A DNA stretch of 55,461 nucleotides. It comes from a virus. Its lineage: Duplodnaviria > Caudoviricetes. The translations under genes were made by a program, and so were the position numbers. The stretch spans positions 1 to 55,461 of the IMG/VR virus record IMGVR_UViG_3300024265_000005. One strand, 5' to 3'. A model generated the notes under the pieces. That model did not search any database. It saw only the letters and a list, made by a program, of their open reading frames with translations, and was not told the origin of the DNA. The stretch's first letter is position 1. Every line of letters starts with the position of its first letter. Positions 34,007 to 44,393 of the stretch are shown piece after piece.

Positions 34007-34200
34007 AAGAGCAAGAAATAGATTCTGACGGGTACATAGACCCGAAGCCAGCAGGACCACCTTGTAATGAGTGTGATGAATGTGAAACCAATCCAGAAGT
34101 AATGGAATTAGTTCCATGGTGTTGGAAACGAAGCATGCAAGTGAATCCTTTAGGTACTTGTAATCATCACCAGGAGAACGAGAGTATCGATAATGGCTGA
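34000..34200 (+). CDS. Small Cys-containing hypothetical protein
   Basis: CDEC..C...C pattern, overlaps neighbours. Confidence 0.5.
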   Translation: MLKEQEIDSDGYIDPKPAGPPCNECDECETNPEVMELVPWCWKRSMQVNPLGTCNHHQENESIDNG

Positions 34201-35551
34201 AGAAAAGAAAAAAGGTCAAGTCTTTGTTCAAACAACTAAAGGCCTCTATGCTTACGATCTTCTTGTTAAAGCGAAAAAGGAAAGCTCCAAGCAGCTTAAG
34301 CAAGAACAGAAGTTCCTGAGCCAGATGGGTTTAGTTAATCCACCTTTTCCTCCTTCAACCTTTTTGACTCTGCTTGAATCGAATCCTATATTCGCTCGTT
34401 GCGTTAGACAGATCGCTATCGATGTTGCCGGACTTGGTTGGTCAGTCCAACTGAAAGATGGTAAGAAGGATAATACAGCAGAACTCGAAAGGATCAATGC
34501 TTTTTTAACTCACCCTAATCCAGAGAGCTCCTTTCGTGCTGTGCTGAAAGAATTACTTATCGACTTTGGCTCGGTTGGTTGGTTTGGATTGGAAGTTATT
34601 CGAGATAAAGTTGACGGCGTAGCAGAAGTTTATCATGTACCTGCTTACACTCTGAAGGTTCATCAAGATAAAAATAAGTATTGCCAAATTCGTAATACCA
34701 AAAAGGTTTGGTTCAAGCGATTCGGTTACGAGAAAGACATTACATCGAAGGATGGAAAAGAGACATCTGGTAGTGCTGACAAAGCTAATGAATTGATATT
34801 TCACAAGAACTATTATCCTCGTTCTGATCATTATGGTGCACCAGATGTGCTTTCTGCTATTGGCGACGTAATGGGAGCGATAAGCCAACGAGATTATAAT
34901 TTAGCATTCTTTCGGAACTTCGGCATGCCTTCTGCTATTATCATCTTAGAAGGGGATTGGGATGAGGGTGCAATAGATGTAGTAAAAAGTTTCGTGAAGA
35001 ATAGTACTGTTGGAACCGAGAATGCACATAAGACGTTAGTAGTAACTCAGCCGGAAGGAGTTACTTTCACTTACAAACCGCTAACCTCAGAACTACCTAA
35101 GGATGCCAGTTTCAAAGGGTACGAACAAGAACGTCGAAGCAATATTATGATAGCCTACTCAATGCCTCCAGAAAGAATAGGCGTTCGACTGGTTGGCAAG
35201 TTAGGAGGCAACGTTGCAGAAGAGGCAACGAAGATTTACATAGAAGGAGTCGTTGAACCTTTGCAGCAAGATATGGAGGAGATTATAAATGAGAAGCTGT
35301 TGCGCTCAGAAATATATCAATTCAAGTTCAATGATATTGACCTTCGCAATTATAGTGCTGAGATAGAACAGCATGCGAGCATGATTGCACATGGCATTGA
35401 AATGCCGAACCAAGCAAGAACGGAGCTGGGTAAAGGTGAACCTTATCTGGAAGGTGACAAGTTTTATATAGGCACATCTTTAGTTATTGTGGGAGAGCCA
35501 AACGAACCGTTAAGTAAAGCAGAACAGGAATTGTTAGACGATGTCTTGTGA
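34193..35551 (+). CDS. Portal protein (PBSX/HK97-type)
   Basis: FF.N.GMPSAII, I..AYSMPP..IG, PNQAR..LG motifs; position after terminase. Confidence 0.92.
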   Translation: MAEEKKKGQVFVQTTKGLYAYDLLVKAKKESSKQLKQEQKFLSQMGLVNPPFPPSTFLTLLESNPIFARCVRQIAIDVAGLGWSVQLKDGKKDNTAELERINAFLTHPNPESSFRAVLKELLIDFGSVGWFGLEVIRDKVDGVAEVYHVPAYTLKVHQDKNKYCQIRNTKKVWFKRFGYEKDITSKDGKETSGSADKANELIFHKNYYPRSDHYGAPDVLSAIGDVMGAISQRDYNLAFFRNFGMPSAIIILEGDWDEGAIDVVKSFVKNSTVGTENAHKTLVVTQPEGVTFTYKPLTSELPKDASFKGYEQERRSNIMIAYSMPPERIGVRLVGKLGGNVAEEATKIYIEGVVEPLQQDMEEIINEKLLRSEIYQFKFNDIDLRNYSAEIEQHASMIAHGIEMPNQARTELGKGEPYLEGDKFYIGTSLVIVGEPNEPLSKAEQELLDDVL

Positions 35552-35808
35552 GTGTGAACGAAATGTTGAAGCTTGAAACTTATGTGTGTGATGATTGTGG
35601 AGCAGAATTTCAGAGTGCCTGTTTTGCGGAGTTCAAAGAAAAGGAGAAGAAGCATAAATGCAAATTAGTCAACAAAAGAGTTGCGAGAACTAATGAGCGT
35701 AAACAAAAGCAAGTAGCACAAGGATGGGAAGATTCAGTTGCTGACGTGATCGAACAGTGTAATTTCAATAATTTAGTTCGACAAGGAGTAGTTGTTTGCA
35801 TACAATAG
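35548..35808 (+). CDS. Small Zn-finger-like protein
   Basis: YVCDDCG. Confidence 0.45.
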   Translation: MSVNEMLKLETYVCDDCGAEFQSACFAEFKEKEKKHKCKLVNKRVARTNERKQKQVAQGWEDSVADVIEQCNFNNLVRQGVVVCIQ

Positions 35809-36053
35809 TTGAGACAACTCAGATATGTATTGGGCTTTGCGGAAGAGAACTTCTTGTGAATGCTGAGAATTTTTATCGCGCTCACAGCTGTAGGTCAGGG
35901 TTTAGCCATAAATGCAAACGATGTGCTAGAGCAGCGGATAAAATCAAGTTTCAGAAAGCTCAAATCAATCTTTTCGATGAAGCAGCCTGGGACGATAAAC
36001 AACGAAGATCAAAGCAGTCTATATTTATTTCGGTGCATAAAGCATGTTCATAA
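35796..36053 (+). CDS. Small Cys-rich protein
   Basis: C...CG....ENFY.....G....CKRC. Confidence 0.5.
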   Translation: MHTIVETTQICIGLCGRELLVNAENFYRAHSCRSGFSHKCKRCARAADKIKFQKAQINLFDEAAWDDKQRRSKQSIFISVHKACS

Positions 36054-37912
36054 TAGCCAAAACAATTCAAAGCGATCTGGGCGAGTTGGCAGACAAGAAC
36101 GAGCGAATTCTTCTATTGGCTTTGCGCGATTGGATGGCGATTGTTGTTCAGCAAATTCAGTCTGATCTAAGAACTAAGTATGCGAAAAGCATTGCATCCG
36201 AATTAACTGATTGGGAGATGATCGAAGAATATGGCAAGAACGCCATGAAGCCAGCGACTTTGAAGGTGATGCAAAAAGGCGGAAATGCAGCTTTCAAGTC
36301 GCTGGCGATTTCTGGTAGTTTCGATGTGCTCAACGTCCAAGCTGTGAAAGCAGCAGACAAGTTCGTTGCCAAGCTAGTTACGAATGTCACAAAAGAAACA
36401 AAAGCAGGCATACGAAATTTTATCAGCACAGGAATCAAAGAAGGCAAATCAATGCCGAAGATCGCTCGTGAGCTTCGTCCGATAGTCGGCTTGACGAAAC
36501 CGCAAGTGCAATCAGTTGCGAATTATCGTAAACTGCTGGGCGACAAAGAAAAGTTTCCGAAGCTGACAGCTGGAGACGTTGACCGCAAAGTGCAACGATA
36601 CACAGACAAAACACATCGAAGAAGAATGGACACTATCGCACGAACCGAGACTGCACATGCGCAGAACATTGGGTATGTCCAAGGTTTGGCGGAGAACGGT
36701 GTTACAGAATTCGAATTCGAATCAGAACTTGATGCTTGTCCTGAATGCACTGCTTTGAAAGGTGATAAATTTCCTGCTGAGGAGGCACAAGACATTATTC
36801 CTGTTCATCCAAGGTGTCGTTGTGCTATGCTTCCTGTCATCGGCGAGAAGACTGTAGGAGATAAAGGCAAATATGACCGTGACGAGTTGCCTGCAACAAT
36901 GCAAGCGCCAGAGGGTTTGCCTGCTTGGAAGAAGTACAACGCAATGCATCCTGAGCAGACCAGCCAAGAGAGTCTCTATGATTGGTACAAGCTTAAGTAT
37001 GAAACTGATGGTAAGCTTGCACCAAGTGCAGCAAGATTTTTGAAAACGAATGCGAACAGATTTGAAGCGAAGTCAGTCAAGATCATGAAGCCTGTTCCTG
37101 GAGTTTCAACAACAACGATAACGCCCGCTGAGGTTAGAGTTCTTCCGAAGCCAAAGCCTGAAGGAGTTCTTCCGGAAAGTTATTTCAATGAAACTAAAGG
37201 ATGGGAAGAGAGACTTGTATCACACAAGGCTTCTTTGCAAGAACGTATCGGCGTTGATTTCAAAGCTTTGAAGACACAGCGAACTGATCTTCCTGAATAT
37301 AAAGAAGCTTTGGCAAAATTCGAATCTGCAATGAAGTCTGGAGCAACAAGCAAAAAGATACCTTCTGCAACTCGCAAGCCGACTTATAACGGACTTGCAG
37401 CTAAAAAGCCTGCAGCGACAAAGAATCTAAATGCATATTATGACAGACTTGAAGAAGTTGGTAGTGATGATTTAATTAGACATTATGAAAACCAGAAGAT
37501 TTCAATAACTACGCACACAGGTAATTTTCGTGCCAAAGCAGACTCTAGATGGTTCGATATTGACATGGCAACAAGTGATCAAGTTAAGATTTATTTTCAC
37601 GAGCTTGGACACTTGATGGAACACAACAGCAACATTGCTGTTAAAGCCAAAGCATGGATACGAGCAAGAGGAGGAGGCATAGGTAAATCTGTGCCTTACA
37701 ACAAAATTGCTTCATGGTCTAAAGATACTCAAATGGCGTACAAGGATAAGTTCATAGATCCTTATGTTGGCAAATATTATCGAAGTGGTCATACAGAAGC
37801 AATCTCAATGGGCATGCAGCAGTTTACTTCTTACAGCCAGATGATGCGTTTCGCCAAAAAGGATTTCGATCACTTTGCTTTTATTCATGGGATACTAACC
37901 GGTGCAATTTGA
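36044..37912 (+). CDS. Minor head protein MuF with C-terminal HExxH zinc metallopeptidase-like extension
   Basis: IARTET, CPEC, IPVHPRCRC MuF motifs; YFHELGH...TEAISMG in the extension. Confidence 0.88.
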   Translation: MFIIAKTIQSDLGELADKNERILLLALRDWMAIVVQQIQSDLRTKYAKSIASELTDWEMIEEYGKNAMKPATLKVMQKGGNAAFKSLAISGSFDVLNVQAVKAADKFVAKLVTNVTKETKAGIRNFISTGIKEGKSMPKIARELRPIVGLTKPQVQSVANYRKLLGDKEKFPKLTAGDVDRKVQRYTDKTHRRRMDTIARTETAHAQNIGYVQGLAENGVTEFEFESELDACPECTALKGDKFPAEEAQDIIPVHPRCRCAMLPVIGEKTVGDKGKYDRDELPATMQAPEGLPAWKKYNAMHPEQTSQESLYDWYKLKYETDGKLAPSAARFLKTNANRFEAKSVKIMKPVPGVSTTTITPAEVRVLPKPKPEGVLPESYFNETKGWEERLVSHKASLQERIGVDFKALKTQRTDLPEYKEALAKFESAMKSGATSKKIPSATRKPTYNGLAAKKPAATKNLNAYYDRLEEVGSDDLIRHYENQKISITTHTGNFRAKADSRWFDIDMATSDQVKIYFHELGHLMEHNSNIAVKAKAWIRARGGGIGKSVPYNKIASWSKDTQMAYKDKFIDPYVGKYYRSGHTEAISMGMQQFTSYSQMMRFAKKDFDHFAFIHGILTGAI

Positions 37913-38159
37913 AAAGTCATTCAAAATTTGGATAAATCGAGAAGACACAATTTCTCTTGAAGAAGCTCTGCGAATTGCAAAGCGAGAACTCTGTGATATG
38001 GTTTACGATCCATTAGGGATTGACGGATCTGATTCATGGTGGTGGTGTGTTGCTGTACTTGAAGTACTGCAACAAGAAGATTGGATTCGTGAATTCAATA
38101 TTCTGAAAGAAGCTCCAAAGGATCAGCAGATTGAAGCGAAAGCTGGAGTTGTTTATTGA
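37902..38159 (+). CDS. Small acidic protein downstream of MuF-peptidase (possible immunity/partner)
   Basis: 85 aa, overlaps both neighbours. Confidence 0.55.
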   Translation: MQFEKSFKIWINREDTISLEEALRIAKRELCDMVYDPLGIDGSDSWWWCVAVLEVLQQEDWIREFNILKEAPKDQQIEAKAGVVY

Positions 38160-39658
38160 TGTTCGAAAAGATCAACAACAAGATTGAATCAGTTGAACCG
38201 CCTGAAAAAGTTGTGGTTTTGCAAGAGTATGAAGCTGAGGTAATGACCCAGAAGCAGGCGATGAAGATCAGCATGGAATTGCGTGAAACTTATGCGAAGA
38301 AGTTGGCTACAAGAAATTATGGTGAGATGGAAAACGCTGTCCTTTCTTATGACTCAGCACGCACTTTGGCTTTAGTTGATAAGCAAATAGTCGGAGCTAT
38401 TTCTTTTCAGTGGGATGAAGTATCTAAAGTTGTTTTTATCAGCCATGTTGGAACGTTGAAGGCTCCCAAAGGCACTGGTGCTGAATTAGTTCGTACAGCA
38501 GTTGAAACTGCTTATAAGGGTAAATGGGGCATGGCTCTGGAATCAACTTATGAAGCTATACCCTTTTGGAAACGGCTTGGATTTGTGCCAGATAAAAAAG
38601 TGCCTTATGTATTTGGTGCTGACTTTAAAAGAGTAACCCAAATAAGAGAAGCTCTTGGTGCTAAAAAAAAATTGAATAGAGACGATAACATGTTCGACAA
38701 ACAAAAACTGCGTATAGAGAATTTAGACCAAGAACAGTTGAATAAAGCTTCTGACAGAGAACTGGCAGTATTCAGACTAAGGTTCGGACAACTTTGGAAT
38801 AAACATTTCCAGAAGTGCGATGACATTATCGTCGGAAGTCTCAATCGTTACGATCTCATTACCAAGTATCGAATGCTTCTGAAAATGATGCGTAAGCGAG
38901 ATCTGGAACACAGCACTGAAGCTATAGACCGAGAAGCTTTCAAGAGAGCAATGCAAATCAAAAAGGCTGGTCTTGATATCGCTCAATTAGAACCAGTTGT
39001 TCTTTGTGCGAATGCTGTCTTTATCAAGGAGGATTTTCTTCAGGATGAAGATGATGAAATAGAAGTTATCATAAAATCAGATATTGAAGAACCAAACGAA
39101 GCCTTAGAAGAAGCGATCACTGAGATGCTTGGTGGACAGCTTGATAGGGCTTGCGTTTTTATTTATACAAAAGATTTTAGCGGCAGTTGTATTCCATTGT
39201 TTCATGATGTCTTAAGTCCGGTTCTTGAAATAGAGAAAATAGAAATGCAAGAAAGGACAGATTTTTCGGAACTTGGTGAACAGAAGTTCGAAAGAAATGT
39301 TCCTATTGTTCCTCTTCTCAAAGGTAAAGTTGAGGAACGCATTGTCTACGGTATTGTGTATGAACCGGATACGGAAGACAGTCAGGGCGACGAAGCGAAT
39401 GCTGAAGAAATCCGTAAAGCTGCATATCAGTTTATGGAAGAGTGTCAGACCTTCAAAGTGATGCACAAAGGTAAGAATGTCAAGGTGCGAATACTGGAGA
39501 ATTATATTGCTCCTGTAGACTTTACGATCGAAGGAAAGTCGGTCAAGAAAGGCTCATGGGTACTCGTTACCAGAATTCTTGACAACAAAATTTGGAAAGC
39601 AATCAAGAAGGGAAAGCTCACAGGGTACTCGATGGCAGGTTATGCAAGAACAGCGTAA
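38156..39658 (+). CDS. GNAT acetyltransferase fused to XkdF-like prohead protease
   Basis: IVGAISF..ISHVGT..KGTGAELV..AIPFWKRLGF (GNAT); ERIVYGIVYEPD..DSQGD..IRKAAYQFM..GYSMAG (XkdF). Confidence 0.82.
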   Translation: MMFEKINNKIESVEPPEKVVVLQEYEAEVMTQKQAMKISMELRETYAKKLATRNYGEMENAVLSYDSARTLALVDKQIVGAISFQWDEVSKVVFISHVGTLKAPKGTGAELVRTAVETAYKGKWGMALESTYEAIPFWKRLGFVPDKKVPYVFGADFKRVTQIREALGAKKKLNRDDNMFDKQKLRIENLDQEQLNKASDRELAVFRLRFGQLWNKHFQKCDDIIVGSLNRYDLITKYRMLLKMMRKRDLEHSTEAIDREAFKRAMQIKKAGLDIAQLEPVVLCANAVFIKEDFLQDEDDEIEVIIKSDIEEPNEALEEAITEMLGGQLDRACVFIYTKDFSGSCIPLFHDVLSPVLEIEKIEMQERTDFSELGEQKFERNVPIVPLLKGKVEERIVYGIVYEPDTEDSQGDEANAEEIRKAAYQFMEECQTFKVMHKGKNVKVRILENYIAPVDFTIEGKSVKKGSWVLVTRILDNKIWKAIKKGKLTGYSMAGYARTA

Positions 39659-39669
39659 GGAGTTTTGTA

Positions 39670-40662
39670 ATGAAAAAGAGTAGAAAGATGAAAGATATTA
39701 CTACCAAGGAAATGTCTCTTGTGGACAGACCTGCGAACAAGCGACCTTTCCTATTGTTCAAGCAAGAAGGGAAGTCAATTGATGATTCCCTCTTGAAAGC
39801 GAAAAAGAAGATCAACATTGAGATAGCAAGTGACGGGACTAAGGGAGGTACTTCGATTTCCGTGAATGGAGATAAGATAACCAATATGAAGAGTTTCAAC
39901 TTCAGCATTTGGAGTGAAGTTGATGATAAGTCTTCTGTTAGTTGCTCTTATTCCAAACTCGTCGAATCTGAAGGAGGCTTCCAGCGGACCGAATCTTATT
40001 ATCTCGCAAAAGGAGATGGTCAAATGGATAAGAGATTACAGAAGTTATTGAAAAATTTTCTTGGCGATAGTTTCGAAAAGGTTGAACTCAAGCCTGACGA
40101 GCTTAACGAGGCAACAATAGTGGAGCTTGAGAAAGCTTTAACGACTCTCAACGAATACAAGAAAGAGTTTCCACCTGATCTTGGCGCTGCAGTTGCCCTG
40201 CTAGCAATTCATGCGAGCCAAGGCTATAAGCAGCCAGAGCCAGTAGAAAAAGCAGGTGCTAAGCTTTCCAAAGACACAATGGCGAAAGTAAAAGCTATTG
40301 TAGCTGCTGCGAAAGCTTTAGAGTCGTTGTTACCAAAAGATGACGCTACCAGTACCGAAAAGAGCGATGGCGGCACTGAGAATTCGGAGCTTCAGAAGAC
40401 TGTTGAAAAGTTAGCTGAAGCTGTAACAGTTATTGCCAGCAAGCTGGAAAAGAGAGAAGCTTCAGATGAGATAGCGAAAGTCAGTGATGCTGTTACGAAA
40501 ATTGCTGGCAGAATCGAATCTCTCGAGAAGCAACCTGCTTCAACCAAGAAGAGTATTGAGCAGGGAAATGATCAGTCACCCAAGAAAGAAGTGCAGAAGG
40601 ACAGTGAAGGCCGTGTGATAGGTAACTGGCCAAGTTTTACAATTGAAACAACTGACGAGTAA
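39670..40662 (+). CDS. Capsid scaffolding / protease-associated protein
   Basis: EMSLVDRPAN motif, coiled-coil C-terminus, precedes the major capsid gene. Confidence 0.75.
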   Translation: MKKSRKMKDITTKEMSLVDRPANKRPFLLFKQEGKSIDDSLLKAKKKINIEIASDGTKGGTSISVNGDKITNMKSFNFSIWSEVDDKSSVSCSYSKLVESEGGFQRTESYYLAKGDGQMDKRLQKLLKNFLGDSFEKVELKPDELNEATIVELEKALTTLNEYKKEFPPDLGAAVALLAIHASQGYKQPEPVEKAGAKLSKDTMAKVKAIVAAAKALESLLPKDDATSTEKSDGGTENSELQKTVEKLAEAVTVIASKLEKREASDEIAKVSDAVTKIAGRIESLEKQPASTKKSIEQGNDQSPKKEVQKDSEGRVIGNWPSFTIETTDE

Positions 40663-40727
40663 AAGTGCGTTAGGCTGTAGTCGAAGAGTAAATGAATTGA
40701 CAAATTCAACCCAATAAGGAGTTAGAG

Positions 40728-42005
40728 ATGTTTACAAACAAACAGCTATTGATGCCTGCTAACAAGACGGCCTTTATGAAGATGGTCAGTTTACCGACTA
40801 TCTCTCTTGAGGCAGAAGAGGCGGATCAATTTATTGATTACATTGTCGATGAGTCGATCATGAAGAACAGTGTTCGATACGTCAAGATGAAGAAAGAAAC
40901 TAAGGACGTCCGAGCATTAGGTCTTGGTGATGATCGGTTCTTGTACCCGGCAGGGACGTTCACTTCTTCGAATTATCAGAAAACTTTGTCTGATCAGAAG
41001 ATTCCGTTGATTACCAAGAAGATGCGTGGTGCTGTTGCTATCTACGATGATGATCTGGAAGACAACATCGAAGGCAACGCTTTTGCAGATCACGTAATGC
41101 GAATGGTTACAGCGAAGGTTGCGAACGAACTTGAAGAAATTTTTTGGATCGCCGATACTGGAAGTATTGGTGGATTCGGAGCGACGGATACTCGCAGCTT
41201 GTTCGACGGCTTCCGATATCGTATCGTCAATAGTCAAGGTGCTACTGGTTCATATTTGACAACGCATTACAATGACGTGTCTGGAAGAGCTACGCTGATT
41301 ACAGCTTTGGATCATGCTGATTGGGCAACGACTCCGGGTGCAGGAGGTACTGCTACTCAAGGGATGATGTGCGAGCCTGATACTGCAAATGGGTTCATCT
41401 ACATCTGTACCGTTGCAGGAGTGGTTGGTGGAGCACATCCGACTTGGCCGACTACACTAGGACAAACCGTAGTTGACAACTTGGCAACATGGAGATGCCA
41501 TGCGTATGACTGTACTCTGGCTGGAACTATTGCACAGCAAAACGGTACGGCACCATATAACTGGGAATTCAAATACAGCCAGATGTTGAGACGCTTGCCT
41601 TCTAAATACAAAAAGGTTGGTATGGCCAATTTGCGGTTCTTCAACTCGGATCAGATTACACAAGACTATGTTGAAGCGTTGGCTGCTCGATCAACAATTC
41701 TTGGCGACAGTGCGATTCTCGGCAAGGCACCGCTTCAGTATGGAACCGTTCCTATTGTATCCTGTCCTACGATGTCAGTAACCATGTCCGCTGCTGCTCA
41801 GGGTGTTCTTGGTGGTGGTGCTTATGGCGACTGCTTGCTGACTCCAAAGGGCAATCTGATTATCGGTATTCAGAGAGCCATTAAGATCGAAGCCCAGCGG
41901 GTTGCTGCTGACGAAGCCACTTATTGGTTTTACAGCATTCGAGCTGACTGTGCAATTGAAAACGTTAACGCTTGTGTGCTGCTTGAAAGACTAACTACAA
42001 CTTAA
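40728..42005 (+). CDS. Major capsid protein (HK97 fold, XkdG-like) with inserted domain
   Basis: ADQFID, LEDNIEG, ANELEE, LPSKY, NLIIGIQR.I.IE motifs. Confidence 0.9.
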   Translation: MFTNKQLLMPANKTAFMKMVSLPTISLEAEEADQFIDYIVDESIMKNSVRYVKMKKETKDVRALGLGDDRFLYPAGTFTSSNYQKTLSDQKIPLITKKMRGAVAIYDDDLEDNIEGNAFADHVMRMVTAKVANELEEIFWIADTGSIGGFGATDTRSLFDGFRYRIVNSQGATGSYLTTHYNDVSGRATLITALDHADWATTPGAGGTATQGMMCEPDTANGFIYICTVAGVVGGAHPTWPTTLGQTVVDNLATWRCHAYDCTLAGTIAQQNGTAPYNWEFKYSQMLRRLPSKYKKVGMANLRFFNSDQITQDYVEALAARSTILGDSAILGKAPLQYGTVPIVSCPTMSVTMSAAAQGVLGGGAYGDCLLTPKGNLIIGIQRAIKIEAQRVAADEATYWFYSIRADCAIENVNACVLLERLTTT

Positions 42006-42032
42006 TCTTAATCAAATAATAAGGAGGTTACA

Positions 42033-42617
42033 ATGTCAGAACGATTTTTAATTCGGAACTATGGTCCTTCAAGGAATCTTCCGGATGGTCACGGTTCGTA
42101 CATCTTTATCGAACATGAAAGAGTGCGATCTACAAGTGATCCGGAACTGGCGAAGTTGTTTACAACGTATCCGCAAATACATGTGACAGATAGAGGTGAA
42201 GAAGCTTTTCCTGCGCCCGTATTACCTGAACCACCTGTAGGACCGGAACCTCCTGAAGATGAAGATGAAGCCGAAGATGAAGATGAAGATGAAGTCGAAG
42301 ATGAAGTCGAAGATGAAGTCGAAGATGAAGCTGCTGATTATTCAGATTTGGCTGTTAAGGATCTTCGCGAGATAGCACAAGAACGTGATATCCCTATTGT
42401 TGGTCTTCTCAAAGCAGACTTGATCAGAACACTTCAAGAAAATGATGCTGCTTCAACAGATGAGTGGCGAGTTGGCCAACCTGTCAAGTATGAAGACGAA
42501 GATGAAATTTACCATATTGTTTCAGTTCCAGAAGAAGCAGATGGTGAATTCATCATCAAGAATGATGAGCAGGAAGAGTATTCTGCTTTGGCGGATCAAC
42601 TTGCTGTTGTTGAATAA
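42033..42617 (+). CDS. Acidic head-associated protein with HeH/Rho-N-like motif
   Basis: VKDLREIA..RDI...GL.KADLI; ED-rich low-complexity tract. Confidence 0.7.
   Translation: MSERFLIRNYGPSRNLPDGHGSYIFIEHERVRSTSDPELAKLFTTYPQIHVTDRGEEAFPAPVLPEPPVGPEPPEDEDEAEDEDEDEVEDEVEDEVEDEAADYSDLAVKDLREIAQERDIPIVGLLKADLIRTLQENDAASTDEWRVGQPVKYEDEDEIYHIVSVPEEADGEFIIKNDEQEEYSALADQLAVVE
42255..42330 (+). repeat. GAAGAT/GAAGTC tandem low-complexity repeat encoding EDEV units
   Basis: Direct inspection. Confidence 0.85.
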
Positions 42618-42656
42618 ATTGTATACTAATTACAAAAAGTTCAAGGAGTAGATAAA

Positions 42657-43502
42657 ATGAGTAAATGGAATCTAGCGACAATGGATCGTGATATCGGGCA
42701 GATGATTGGCCGACCTCTTCAAGAGGCGATGGCTCACGGTATCAACAACGATATTATTCACGGAGGTATGGTATCTGGCCAAACTGCCCTCCAGAGTGTT
42801 TATGCGATGAGTGCAACGAAGAACTGTACTCTCGGAACAAAGCTGCGAGAAAAAGAGACGGGCAGAGAGTTCGATTATGCAAGAGCAGGTGGTGTCAATC
42901 TGTCCAAAGCCCTAATGACGCAATCGGCTGTACCTGTTGCGAATTATCTTGAACAGGTACAGACTGCTTATGGTTGGGCAGTTGGTGCTACTTCCGGTTA
43001 TATTCTGATTACAACCGGAGCTACACCGGCAGTGGATTATTTTGCTGATGGCAATGTAGTGGTCAATCAAGGCACTGGTATCGGTGGAATGTTTCCGATA
43101 TTGTCCAATACTTCACATGCAACTATTCTTTATGTTGAATTGAAACCTGGACATCCTGTCAACGTTGCATGGGTTGCAGCTTCGGAGCTTTCGCTTATCA
43201 AGAATCCGTTTTCGGATACGATCGTTTGTCCAGTGACGACCTTGACCGCTCCTCCGGCTGGTGTTCCAATTATTGACGTTACGGCTTGCTATTATTACTG
43301 GTCGCAAGTTAAAGGTCCGTGCCCGTTGCTTGTTGATACTGGTGACACGATAACTATTGGTGAGCCTGTTGGTGCTGCAGGTACTAATGCTGTTGCCGGT
43401 GCGATTGGTGTCGCAACTACAGTTGAAGGTCATTATGGCCGAGCTATGACCATTGCAACGGCTGGCGAACCTGCCATTATTAACCTTGACCTTGGCCTAT
43501 AA
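42657..43502 (+). CDS. Virion structural / capsid decoration protein, paralog A1
   Basis: YYYWSQVKGP and C-terminal INLDLGL shared with 43538-44374. Confidence 0.7.
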   Translation: MSKWNLATMDRDIGQMIGRPLQEAMAHGINNDIIHGGMVSGQTALQSVYAMSATKNCTLGTKLREKETGREFDYARAGGVNLSKALMTQSAVPVANYLEQVQTAYGWAVGATSGYILITTGATPAVDYFADGNVVVNQGTGIGGMFPILSNTSHATILYVELKPGHPVNVAWVAASELSLIKNPFSDTIVCPVTTLTAPPAGVPIIDVTACYYYWSQVKGPCPLLVDTGDTITIGEPVGAAGTNAVAGAIGVATTVEGHYGRAMTIATAGEPAIINLDLGL

Positions 43503-43537
43503 GCTATTTGTCAATTTGTTAAGAAAGGAAGGTTAAT

Positions 43538-44374
43538 ATGCCTAAACAATTAACAACAAGTATAAATCCAAACCTATATCCCGGATTATCAGATTTGGTG
43601 CATCAGATGCTGACTTTGGGCATTGATGGCAATATCATATCCGGTGGGATGCTAGGCAATGATATACCTAACGTCTATGGGGAAAGTGTAACGCAGCTTG
43701 CGACTATTGGAAGTAAGCTTCGGATGAATGATAGTCGTGAATTCATCTACAGTAAGAATGGTAGCGCTGAGATTGGCCACGCTCTAATGGCTCAAGCCGA
43801 AGCCGCTACTTCGCAGTGGTACGATCAATTGCAGACTGCGTACGGTTGGACAGCGGGAGAACAGGCGAATACAGTGCTTATCACTGCGGGTTCAACTCCT
43901 GCTGCTAACGAGTGGGCCGAAGGTTGGATGTTTGTTAATGTGGGAACGGGCCTAGGATATACCTATAAAATCCTAAACAATACTTCTCATGCGACAATTC
44001 CAACAGTTACTATTGCTGAAGTTGATGGGGTTGTCGCTGACATTCCAGCAGCTTCGGAAGTGACGATTCTCAAGTCCAATTTCCAGGATACAATTCTTGT
44101 TGCTACCGGAGGTCTAACGGCTATTGCAATTGGCGTTCCGTTGATTACTGTTACTGCAGAGTATTACTATTGGTCTCAGACTAAAGGACCTGCTGCTATG
44201 ATAGTTGATACAGATGAATCATTGACCATTGGATTGCCTGTAGCTTGTCCTGCGACTTGTGCTGTTGCTGGCGCAATTGGACCAGCCGTTACCTTGGAGC
44301 CTCATTACGGCGTATGCATGCGAGTTGGTGCAGCAGGCCAACTTGCAATGATCAATCTTGATCTAGGACTTTAA
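43538..44374 (+). CDS. Virion structural / capsid decoration protein, paralog A2
   Basis: Collinear similarity to 42657-43502. Confidence 0.7.
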   Translation: MPKQLTTSINPNLYPGLSDLVHQMLTLGIDGNIISGGMLGNDIPNVYGESVTQLATIGSKLRMNDSREFIYSKNGSAEIGHALMAQAEAATSQWYDQLQTAYGWTAGEQANTVLITAGSTPAANEWAEGWMFVNVGTGLGYTYKILNNTSHATIPTVTIAEVDGVVADIPAASEVTILKSNFQDTILVATGGLTAIAIGVPLITVTAEYYYWSQTKGPAAMIVDTDESLTIGLPVACPATCAVAGAIGPAVTLEPHYGVCMRVGAAGQLAMINLDLGL

Positions 44375-44393
44375 TTCCAGAAAGGAGTTCAGT

